Below are positions 48,246-60,348 of a stretch of DNA of 64,000 bases, in pieces (the stretch's first letter is position 1; each line of letters begins with the position of its first letter). The notes beneath the pieces were generated by a model. That model was not told where the DNA came from and made no database searches. It was given only the letters and a program-made list of their open reading frames with translations. The position numbers and the translations under genes were made by a program. The stretch is from Anaeramoeba ignava BMAN (taxonomy: Eukaryota; Protista; Anaeramoebae): NCBI GenBank assembly GCA_028826165.1, contig JAPDFW010000009.1:1-64000 (forward strand), read 5' to 3'.

Positions 48246-51200
48246 ATGAATTCTTTTTCTTCGAATTTTTTTGACCCATTTCAAACATTTCTTTCAATTC
48301 GTTCAATTAAAATTTTAATCACACCAATAGATTCAATTCCCACAAAACAATTCGAAAAATATTTTTCAATAATAAAATCAAATTCAAAAATTGAGTTAAA
48401 AAAGTAAAATAAATAAAAAATAACTTTTTCTTGAATTAAATTTTAATCAAAAAATCAAAAAAAAAAAAGAAATAAAAAGATTTATTTAGATTTTCTTCAT
48501 TCAAATTATGTAAATAATAATTGGCAAGAATTTCAACCATATAAAAAAATATTTGGAATAATTGTAATTGTAAATCAAACAGAAAAAATAACGTTTAAAA
48601 CAATTAAAAGGCTCTTTCATTCCAAAATCGAGCCATACAAACATAATTTACTTACAACTAAATGCTTTATTTTTGGTTCAAAACAAATTGAGAATTTTCA
48701 TTCAAAATTTATTTTTATTGAATATGAAAACGATATTGAATCAATTCAGCTCAAAATAAAAAAACACCTTGAATTGTTTGTGGATGAAATTGTGGGGAAT
48801 TTTTCAAGCCAGTTATTAAAATTAAACAAAATCAACAGGAGAATATCAACTCCTGAAAATATTGAATCACTTTTAACTTCATCTTCAAAAAAGAAAAAAA
48901 TGGATCAAAAATTTGATATGATTAAAAAAAAGCTATTAAAAGTCGATTATCTCTTGTTAGGCGGAGAATTGGAAATAGCTCATGAAGAATATAAAATTTG
49001 TTTGCAATTATTCCCAAATGATGAATATTTCCCAGTTTATCAAGCTGGATGTTATGAAAGAATTTTATTTACATTCCCAGAAATTTATGAAGAAAAACAT
49101 GTGAATTCAGATGATTTTGATCTCAATCAAAAAACCAAAAAAAATCAAAATTTGGATTTTTGTCCCAATTATCAGAATATTCTTTCTCAATTCAAATTTA
49201 AACAAAATATTCGCAACAATTCATTGATTGAGAAAGCAAAAAATTTGTATCAAAAAACTTTGGCAATTTATTTGGAAAATAATAATTATATTTTGGCAAT
49301 TGAATTGATAATGAAGTTTTGTTCTTTAATAATTTCTCAAAAATTTGATATTTCTTTGAATCGTAATTTACTTGTTGCTTTAAAATATTCAGATAATTTA
49401 GATCCAAATCAAAAAGTATATTTATTGGAAAATGTTAAAAACAAAAACAAAAACAAAAACAAAAAAAAAGAAAGAAAGAAATTTTTCTCATCTCATCTTG
49501 TATTTTTCTTTTTCAAAAACACAAAATAATTCAAATCAATTTTGTGGGAATTTAGTTTTTATTATTTATTGGTTTTGCTTTTTTATTTTATCGAATCAAT
49601 TTCAAAAGAAAATTTCTATTTTTCATCTATCAAGCTCATTCTTTATCAGATTCAAATGATTCTTTATTTATCTTACGAGAATTTCTTTCGCAATATTTAA
49701 TCAAAAGAAATAATTGTCAAAATAATAAAAATAATAAAAATAAAGAAAATAATAAAAATATTAAAAATAATGAAAATAATCAAAATAATGAAAATAATGA
49801 AAATAATGAAAATAATGAAAATATTCAAAATAATGAAAATAATGAAAATAATCAAAATAATGAAAATAATCAAAATATTCAAAATTTAAAGGAAATCCAA
49901 TTTCGAAGAATAATTAAAATAATCAAAATAATGAAAAATAATTACAAACAATTTGAATAATGAAAAATAATGAAAATAATGAAAATAATCAAAATATTCA
50001 AAATAATTTGTTTCTCCAATTTTAATTACAAACAATATAATTCAGCAAATCATAAACAGTTCATTATTTGTTTCTTTTGCACAACAAAAAAAACTTAAAA
50101 ATGAATACTCATTACTATGGGATCCACTTAAATATCAAGTTTTGAAGAATGTTTTGATGGATTCTAAAAAAAATAATGAAAAAATTACAACTTATTATCC
50201 TCATTTTTTATTCACTTGCTCCAAAAGTATGGATCTTTTAACTCAAGAACAAATCATCAAAAAGTTATATTCCAACAGAATGAATGAAGAAACAACAATT
50301 GATTTGACTTTATGTCAAATTATCCAAAATTTGATTCCAAAATCCGGCATAAAAACAGATCCAGATATTCCCAAAAGCAAAAATACAAGCCAAAATGAAC
50401 TTCATAAAATGTTTCTTTTCCAGTCAAATCATAGCCATAAAAATATTTTATTAAAGAAAAGAAATTGGGTTAATTGGGTGGAAAATGAGCCTCAAGAAAT
50501 TAAACTGAAAATATCCAATTCATATGATTTCCAAATATTCATTGAAAATATAATTGTTATTACAAAAGGAGTAGAAGTGAGAACACATAATTTCACTCCA
50601 ATCATTTTGGATCCAAATACTTTATCAAAAAAAATCAAAATAAAAGTCATCCCCACAAAAGAAGGAGATTTGAAAATTGAGGGATGTATAATTTGGATGT
50701 TTCATCAACAATTTTGGAACAAAATTAAAGTTTCAACAAGAATTCATGTTATAAAACAACTTCCTTTAATCAAAATAGAGCAATTAAATTTGGAGAAGAA
50801 CCACAAATTTTATGGTGGAGAAGTTACAAATTTTTCAATTGAAATTGAAAATATTGGAAATCTTCCAATTCATAACATCTCAATTTCAAGTGAGATTTCA
50901 AATTGGGAAGAATTTCATTCAACTTTGAAAAATTTACTTCCACATAAATTTTCAAGTTCTATTAGCTGGAACCAAAACCAAATTCAAGAAAAACTTCCGC
51001 TTAATCCATCTTCCAAATTTGTTTTGAATATACAAGCTTATTTGGAAGAATCAATCATTTCTTCAAGATTATTATTTAATTATTCTTCGTTTGATGAAGA
51101 ATATTCAAATCAAGTTTTAAAAAGAGAAGCAATTTTGCAAACAGAATTTCAAATGGAATATGCATTAACACTTGAATTGGTGAAAATTCTTCCGTTTCAT

Positions 51201-52082
51201 TATCAATATAATAACAAAAATGAAAATAATCATAATAATCACGAACAAAAAACAAATTTTTATGAAAAATCAAATGAAAAATTTATGATTATTCTTTTAT
51301 TACATAATCTTTCAAATGAAGATTTTCATATAAAATTCCCCAAAATTTTCAATTCTCCTCATTTCTATCAAATGATCAAAAATGGTGAAAATTTTCGACA
51401 AAATCATTTCAATCGAGAAATATTTATCAATTCAGATTTGGATATAGAACAAAATAATTCAACAGATCCACAATTAATCCAATCAAAATCGAATATGTAT
51501 TTTTTAGTCAACTTTCTTTTGGAAGATGAAATGAAATTTTCTGATAAATTTTCTCAAGAAGAACTTGATAATCATTACATTTCAAAATTCCATAAAAGAC
51601 CAAAACTCCACAAACAAATTTGGTTCAGAAAAATTTTCGAACTTCAATATCAAATTATCAAATTATGTCAAATTGAATGGAATTCCGTTAATTCTTTAAG
51701 AAATGGCAAAATATTTTTAGCAAACTCTTTGAATAATCAAGTTCAAATTATGATTCCTTTTGTTAAAATTTTTTGGAAATTTCCCAAAAATTATCAATTG
51801 TTTGAATTTTTTCCTTTTGAAATTGAAATTATGAATAATTCAAATTGCTTTCTTTTATTAAATCTTGAAGTTGTTTTGTTATTTGAAAATGTTAAAAATA
51901 ATTTTATTTGGACAGGATCTTTAAAAGTAAATAATATTCAATTAGAAGAAGATCTTCCAAAATTTAAACATAAAATTTTCTTTTGTTTTTTACAAAAAGG
52001 AAGATATAATTTTCAAATTAATTTACAATCTGTATCAAAAAGTTTAAAATTTAGATCAATTTCATTTTCTATTGAGATTTAA
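48246..52082 (+). CDS. TRAPPC9: TRAPP II subunit TRAPPC9/Trs120, introns ~48404-48469 and 49416-49555; frameshift(s) in Asn-rich tract ~49880-50010
   Basis: IKILITPIDSIP...F, NWQEFQPYKKIFGII, KVDYLLLGG, RINFKRKFLFF, WVENEPQEIKLKISN, IPTKEGDLKIEG. Confidence 0.75.
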
Positions 52083-52213
52083 AATCAATAAAAAAATGGA
52101 ATTAAATTTGGAAAAAAAAAAAAAGTGGAATAAAACAAATTTTTATTTTAAATTTGCCCAAAAAAAAAAAAGAAAAGAAAAAGCAAAAAGAAAAAGCAAA
52201 AGAAAAATATTTT

Positions 52214-55200
52214 TTAATTTTCGAAATCATCAACGGAATATTCTTTCTTTTCCGTTATTAATGGTTCTTTTTCTGCCCATAAAGAAGGTTCTAAAAAAAA
52301 TTCAAATTAAAATTAAAATTTAATTTAAAATTTAAAAATTTTAATAAATTACTGTATTTAATTTTTGGAACAGGAAACAGAACAAAGATCACAACTATAA
52401 TTGGTAAAAATTCACAAATCAAATAATAGAACAAAGCAATGAGAGCAAAAGTAGAATCTCCCATTTCTTGATGAAGATTTGCTTCAATCAAAGTGACAAT
52501 TCTTAAAATATAACAAATCAAAGAAATTAATAACGTAATAAAAATTTTTTTGGGAGCAGAATCTCTCATTGATGTGTGAAATTTCTGTAATTTTAAAACC
52601 CATGCGCTAAATATTGACAATCCAATTGCGCAAATACAATACATTGATGCAAGAAAAAAATTATCTTCATCTTTGTTATTAAAAATAATTGAAAAATGAA
52701 TTGCATATAAAATAACGTTTGTAATAACAAAAAACCATAATAATCTTGCTATAACTTTATGTCTTTGTAAATGATGAAAACTTCTAACACTAATATAAAC
52801 TTGTCCTCTTTTTTTTGAATTTTCAATTTTAAATTTGATTTTAAATTTGAATTTTGAATTTAAATTTGATTTTAAATTTTGAATTTAATTTTGAATTTTG
52901 AATTTAAATTTGATTTTGATTTTGAATTTAATTTTGAATTCTACAAACAATGTAAATAAAAGTAATAAAAATGCTGATAAAAAAAAATCTGAAACTATTG
53001 CATTAAAAATATCTAAATGTCTTGAATGTGAATCAGTAAATGATTGGAAAAAACCAAAGAAAAGAAATGCAAAAAATCTTCCAAGTGCTCCAATTGAAAT
53101 TAACATAAAATATATCTATAATTAATTTTAGATTTAATTATAAATTTAATTATAAATTTTGTTATAAATTCTGTTATAAATTTTGTTATAAATTTTGTTA
53201 TAAATTTTATTATAAATTTAATTATAAATTTAATTATAAATTTAATTATAAATTTTATTATAAATTTAATTATAAATTTAATTATAAATTTTGTTATAAA
53301 TTTAATTATAAATATTGTTATAAATTTAATTATAAATTTAATTATAAATTTTGTTATAAATTTAGTTATAAATTTAATTATAAATTTAATTATAAATTTA
53401 ATTATAAATTTAATTATAAATTTAATTATAAATTTAATTATATATTTAATTATAAATTTAATTATAAATTTAATTATAAATTCTGTTATAAATTTTGTTA
53501 TAGATTTAATTATAAATTTAATTATAAATTTAATTATAAATTTAATTATAAATTTAATTATAAATTTAATTATAAATTTTGTTTTAAATTTAATTATAAA
53601 TTTAATTATAAATTTAATTATAAATTTAATTATAAATTCTGTTATAAATTTAATTATAAATTTTGTTATAAATTCTGTTATAAATTCTGTTTTGAATTTT
53701 GTTTTAAATTCTGTTTTAAATTTTGTTATAAATTTAATTATAAATTTAATTATAAATTTAATTATAAATTCTGTTATAAATTTTGTTTTAAATTTAATTA
53801 TAAATTCTGTTTTAAATTCTGTTTTTAAATTTAATTATAAATTTTGTTATAAATTTAATTATAAATTTAATTTTAAAATTTTGTTTTTAAATTTTGTTAT
53901 AAATTCTGTTATAAATTTAATTATAAATTTTGTTATAAATTCTGTTATAAATTTTGTTATAAATTCTGTTTTGAATTCTGTGTTAAATTTTGTTATAAAT
54001 TTTGTTATAAATTTTGTTATAAATTCTGTTATAAATTTAATTATAAATTTAATTATAAATTTAATTATAAATTTTGTTATAAATTTAATTATAAATTTTT
54101 TGTTATAAATTTTGTTATAAATTTTGTTTAAATTTTGTTTTTAAATTTAATTATAAATTTTGTTATAAATTTAATTATAAATTTTGTTATAAAATTTTGT
54201 TATAAAATTTTTGTTATAAATTTTGTTTTTAAATTTAATTATAAATTTTGTTATAAATTTAATTATAAATTTTGTTATAAATTTTGTTATAAATTTAATT
54301 ATAAATTTTGTTATAAATTCTGTTATAAATTTAATTATAAATTTAATTTTAAATTTTGTTATAAATTTAATTATAAATTTTGTTATAAATTTTTGTTATA
54401 AATTTAATTATAAATTTTGTTATAAATTTAATTATAAATTTAATTATAAATTCTATTATAAATTTAATTATAAATTTTGTTATAAATTTTTGTTATAAAT
54501 TTAATTATAAATTTAATTATAAATTTTGTTATAAATTCTGTTATAAATTTTTGTTATAAATTTTGTGTTAAATTTAATTATAAATTTAATTATAAATTTT
54601 GTTATAAATTTTGTTATAAATTTTGTTATAAATTTTGTTATAAATTTTGTTATAAATTTTGTTATAAATTTAATTATAAATTTTGTTATAAATTCTGTTA
54701 TAAATTCTGTTTTAAATTTAATTATAAATTTTGTTATAAATTTTGTTATAAATTTTGTTATAAATTTTGTTATAAATTCTGTTATAAATTTTGTTATAAA
54801 TTTTGTTATAAATTTTGTTATAAATTTTGTTATAAATTTAATTATAAATTTAATTATAAATTTAATTATAAATTTAATTATAAATTTAATTATAAATTTT
54901 GTTATAAATTTTGTTATAAATTTTGTTTTAAATTTTGTTATAAATTTTGTTATAAATTTTGTTATAAATTTGTTATAAATTCTGTTTTAAATTCTGTTAT
55001 AAATTTTGTTATAAATTTTGTTATAAATTTTGTTATAAATTTTGTTATAAATTTTGTTATAAATTTTGTTATAAATTTTGTTATAAATTCTGTTATAAAT
55101 TCTGTTATAAATTTTGTTTTAAATTTAATTATAAATTTTGTTATAAATTTTGTTTTAAATTTTGTTATAAATTTTGTTATAGATTTAATTATAAATTTAA

Positions 55201-56124
55201 TTATAAATTTTGTTATAAATTTAATTATAAATTTAATTATAAATTTTGTTTTAAATTTAATTATAAATTTAATTATAAATTTAATTATAAATTTTGTTAT
55301 AAATTCTGTTATAAATTCTGTTATAAATTTTGTTATAAATTTTGTTATAAATTTTGTTATAAATTTTGTTTTGAATTCTGTTATAAATTTTGTTTTAAAT
55401 TTAATTATAAATTTTGTTATAAATTTTGTTATAAATTTTGTTATAAATTTTGTTTTAAATTTTGTTTTAAATTTTGTTTTAAATTCTGTTATAAATTTTG
55501 TTATAAATTTTGTTATAAATTTAATTATAAATTTAATTATAAATTTAATTATAAATTTAATTATAAATTTAATTATAAATTTTGTTATAAATTTTGTTAT
55601 AAATTTTGTTTTGAATTCTGTTATAAATTCTGTTATAAATTCTGTTTTAAATTTTGTTTTAAATTTTGTTTTAAATTTTGTTATAAATTTTGTTATAAAT
55701 TTTGTTTTAAATTCTGTTATAAATTCTGTTATAAATTTTGTTTTGAATTCTGTTATAAATTTTGTTATAAATTTAATTATAAATTTTGTTATAAATTTAA
55801 TTATAAATTTAATTATAAATTTTGTTATAAATTTTGTTATAAATTCTGTTTTAAATTCTGTTTTAAATTTTGTTTTAAATTCTGTTATAAATTTTGTTAT
55901 AAATTTTGTTTTAAATTCTGTTATAAATTCTGTTATAAATTCTGTTATAAATTCTGTTTTGAATTTTGTGTTAAATTCCCTTTTCATTTTTTTTGATAAA
56001 TTACTAATTGATGAATAGTTTCTCTTGCACGAATCCAAATAAGAATGAAACGATATAAAGCAAAAACAAATAAAGTTATATAAAAAAGTAAAAGAATTAA
56101 ATAAGCAACTGCAACTACATTCAT
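52214..56124 (-). CDS. THH1/TOM1/GPR137-like 7TM membrane protein, 4 exons; first intron 53116-56004
   Basis: MNVVAVAYLILLLFYITLFVFALYRF...|IYFMLISIGALGRFF...FFLSAFLLLLF...YYLICEFLPIIVVIFVL...EKEPLI; in-frame GT-AG joins. Confidence 0.75.
53120..55975 (-). repeat. 2.9-kb intronic 12-bp satellite (sense TAACAAAATTTA / TAATTAAATTTA / TAACAGAATTTA)
   Basis: Visible. Confidence 0.95.
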
Positions 56125-56312
56125 AATAAAAAAAGAGAAAAAAAAAAAAAAAATAAAAAAAATGAATTTTTTAATTATTTTTTTTATTCACAAAAAATAA
56201 AAAGCAAAAAAAAATTTTTTTCCATATTTTTTTCTCATTTCAAAAAAAAAAATTTTTTTCTTAAGATTATCAAACAAAAATAATCTCCTTTTTTGTTTTA
56301 TTTTTATTTTTA

Positions 56313-56857
56313 TTATTTTTTTTGATTTGTTCTTGCTCTTTTTAATTCTGAACCATCTTCTCTTTGTTGAAAAGTGGATTGTTCGGTTGTTAAATTTTTT
56401 GAAAAATGTTGTCTAACACTTAAATGAATATCTTGGTCTTCAAGATCTTTAGAATTTCTATGAAGTGCAAAATCACAAGCTTGTTGAGTAATTTTCTCAA
56501 CAAATTCATCTAAAACTTCATAAAGAAACTTTTTAATTAAATAATTAAATAAAAATAAAAAGGAGAAAAAAAAAATAAAAATAAAAAAAGGAGAAAAATT
56601 AATAATTTTTTTAAATAGATTATTAATTTTTATAATAAATTACATCTTCTACTCTTAAATCATAAGTTAATTGAGAATCAATTTGAGAAATAATATCTTT
56701 TAATTTTTTTCTTGAACTTACACCCTTTTTATTTATTTATTTTAAATTAAAAAAAAAAATTATTTTTTTTATTTTTATTTAATTAATAAATAATTTTTTA
56801 ATTTACTTGAGAATTAGGTTGATTTGAAATATTTGCTCTTCTTGTTAAATCTGACAT
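56313..56857 (-). CDS. TAF12: TFIID subunit TAF12 (histone fold), 3 exons
   Basis: SRKKLKDIISQIDSQLTYDLRVED|FLYEVLDEFVEKITQQACDFALHRNSKDLEDQDIHL matches the TAF12 fold. Confidence 0.88.
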
Positions 56858-57202
56858 TATTTTTATTTATTTAAATTTTTTTTTTAATTAATTATTTATA
56901 ATAAAATAAAATAAAATAAAATAAAACAAAAATAAAAAAAAAAAAAAAAATTTTTTTTATTTTAATTAAAAAGATCAAAAAGAAAAAAAAAAAGAAAAAA
57001 AAATTACTAAATAATTACAAAATATTAATAATTATTTATTTTTTTTATTAATTTTTTTTATATCATTTTTATATCATTTTTAAATATTAAATTATTTATT
57101 TATTCATTTTCATTTTGAATTATTTATTTGTAATAGATTTAAAAATAATGTTAGAAATTTATAAAAAAACAAAAAAAAAAAAGAAAAAAAAAAGAATTTG
57201 TT

Positions 57203-57322
57203 TTAAAATTTATGAATTTGTTGTTTAGTTTTTGAAATGAAATAAACTAAAGGAGCAATAATTCCAGCACATAAAATAATTAAACCAATAAAATATGAAA
57301 GAATTGTTGGAGAATCGTACAT
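57203..57322 (-). CDS. 39-aa single-pass membrane microprotein, unknown function
   Basis: MYDSPTILSYFIGLIILCAGIIAPLVYFISKTKQQIHKF*; GC-richer than flanks; TCATT/TCAATT motifs upstream. Confidence 0.55.
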   Translation of the reverse strand: MYDSPTILSYFIGLIILCAGIIAPLVYFISKTKQQIHKF

Positions 57323-57420
57323 AAAAAATAATTGAAAAAAAATTGAAAAAAAATGAAAAAAAAATTAAAAAAAAATTAAAATTCAAAATTTCATTTTTTT
57401 TCTTCTTCCTTTTTTTATAA

Positions 57421-60154
57421 ATGTCAGATATTATAATTCCTAATAAATTATCTCAATCTTCTCTTGAAAAAGAATTAAAAAAAAGAAAACTTAGTTCAAA
57501 AGGTTCAAAAAAAGAGTTAATTTCTCGATTAGAATCAGCTTTAAAAAAAGAAAAGAAAGAAAAAAGTAAAAAAGAAAAAAATAAAAAAGTAAAAAGTAAA
57601 AGTAAAAGTAAAAGTAAAAGAAAAAATAAAAAAGATAGTAAAAATAAAAAGAAAAATAAAGAAAAATCTAAACGTAAAAAGAAAAATAAAGAAAGTAGTG
57701 AAAATGAAAGTGAAAATGAAAATGAAAATGAAAATGAAAATGAAAGTGAAAATGAAAATGAAAATGAAAATGAAAGTGAAAATGAAAATGAAAATCAAAA
57801 TGAAAATGAAAATGAAAATGAAAATGAAAATGAAAATGAAAATGAAAATGAAAAAAAAAAAATGAAAATGAAAATGAAAATGAAAATGAAAATGAAAATG
57901 AAAATAAAAATGAAAATGAAAATGAAAATGAAAATGAAAATGAAATGAAAAAAATGAAAATGAAAATGAAAATGAAAATGAAAATGAAAATGAAAATGAA
58001 AATGAAAATGAAAATGAAAATGAAAATGAAAATGAAAATAAAAATGACATTAAAAAACAAGAAATAGAAAATCAAAGTGAAAATAAAAATAATAATAATG
58101 ATAATAATAATAATAAAGATAAAATGGAAACTGAAGATAAAAATGACGATCAAGTTGGAAGAAAACAAAAACAAAAACAAAAAACAATTGACATTGAAAA
58201 AGAAAAAGAAAAAGAAAAAGAAAAAACATATTCAGAAAAAATTGAAGTTGATTATGATGATGGAGACATTGAAACTGAAAAAAAAGAAACATATTCAAAG
58301 ACAGAAAATGAAAAAATGGAAATTGATAATGAAATAACTAAAAATTATTTACAAGAACCAAAAGTGAATGAAAACACAACAATTGTTCCACCAACTAAAA
58401 CTCCAAAATCTCGTGTTCTTCTAATTAAAAATTTTGTTAGACCTTTTACTTCTTATTCTGCTAGACAACTTCTTTCTAAAACTGGAAAAATAAATGATTT
58501 TTGGATGAATAATATTAAAACACATTGTTTTGTTTTTGTAAGTTTTTTATTATATATAAAATAATATATAAAATAATATATAAAATAATATATAAAATAA
58601 TATATAAAATTATATATAAAATAATATATAAAATTATATATAAAATAATATATAAAATAATATATAAAATAATATATAAAATAATATATAAAATAATTAA
58701 TAAAATTATATATATAAAATATATATAAAAATAATATATAAAATAATTAATAAAATAATATATAAAAATAATATATAAAAAATAATATATAAATAAAAAT
58801 ATAAAAAAAAATAATATAATAAAAATAAAAAAAAATTATATAAAATAATTAATATAAAATAATATATAAAAAAAATAATAAAATAATAAAAATATAAAAA
58901 AATAAATATAAAATAATATATAAAAAATAATATATAAAATAATATATAAAATAATATATAAAAAATATATATAAAAATAATATATAAAATAATATATAAA
59001 ATATAATAAAAATATAAAATAAAAATAATTAATATAAAATAATATAAAAAAAATAATAATAAATATATAAAAAATATATAAAAATAATATATAAAAAATA
59101 ATAATAATAAAAAATAATATATAAAAATAATATATAAAATTATATATAAAATAATATATAAAAAATATATATAAAAAAATAATAAAAATATATAAAAAAT
59201 AAATAATATAATATAAAAAATAATATATAAAAATATATAAAAATAATATAAAAAAAAATATAAAAATAATATATAAAAAAAAATATAAATATAAAAAATA
59301 ATAAAATTATATAAAAATAAAATAATATATAAAATTATATATAAAATAATATATAAAATTATATATAAAATAAATAATAAAATTATATATAAAATAATAT
59401 ATAAAATAATATATAAAATAATATATAAAATAATTAATAAAATAATATATAAAATAATATATAAAATTAGTACGAAAATATCGAAGATGCAGAAAGAACT
59501 AGAAATGCTGTTTATAATCTCCGTTGGCCACCATCAGGAAGAAAACTTTTACCAGACTATTTCTCCGAAGAAGAAGCAGAAAAAATAGTGAAAAAATATC
59601 GAACATCACCAACAACAAAAGGATACGATGGATTAGATATCAATGAAACAGGAAGAAGCGAAAAAACACCCAAACAAGACATCTCAAGAAGTAAAAGAAA
59701 AGTAGATGAACCAATGAATGAAAATCAAGATAAATCAAGACTTCGCACATCAAGATATTCAAATTCAAGAAGTGAAAAAAAAGATGATGAAAAATATGAA
59801 GAAGAAAAAAAAGAAAGATTTAGAGAAAAAACAAGACATTCAGAAAGAGAAAAAAATCATGATTTTGATTATTCAAGAGACAAAGAAAGAGATAAAGAAA
59901 GAGACAAAGAAAGAGACAAATGGAGAGAAAAAGAGAGAGATTATCATGACAGATATCATCATAGTTCACGTCATTCTTCAAGACCAGAAAAAATATTCGA
60001 TGATAAAGATGAAAGAAGAATTCAATTCTTAAAGAAACAAGATCAATTTTTGGAAAAATTTTTTCTTAAAACTAAAACTAAACCTCATTTATATTATCTT
60101 CCTGTTTCTCAAGAACAAAAAACTTCTAATAATTTAACTCCTTCAAAAAAATGA
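57421..60154 (+). CDS. ACIN1: Acinus-like protein (SAP, RRM, RSB motif), intron 58538-59470; frameshifts in EN microsatellite ~57850-57960
   Basis: SAP LEKELKKRKLSSKGSKKELISRL; RRM IKNFVRPFT...FWMNNIKTHCFVF|YENIEDAERTRNAVYNLRWP; RSB FFLKTKTKPHLYYLPVS. Confidence 0.88.
58548..59470 (+). repeat. Intronic 12-bp AAAATAATATAT satellite (pure A/T)
   Basis: Visible. Confidence 0.95.
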
Positions 60155-60348
60155 AAATTTTATTATTTTTTTTTTAAAAAGAATTTAAAAAAAGAATAAG
60201 AAAAAGAAAAAGAAAAAGAAAAAGAAAAAGAACTTTTAATTAACGGAAGATAAAAAGAAAGAATTTCAAAAAAAAATAATAAAAATTAAATTAAAAAAAT
60301 AAATTGAAAATTTATTTTTATTCAATTTGATTTTCGGATAAAAAAAAA

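Noticed and set aside
53692-56038. Long ORFs in satellites (INFV/KFIT repeats; also IL, FD, MK, FH ORFs elsewhere)
   Set aside because: Stop-free frames of simple repeats, lying in introns, spacers or antisense to real genes.
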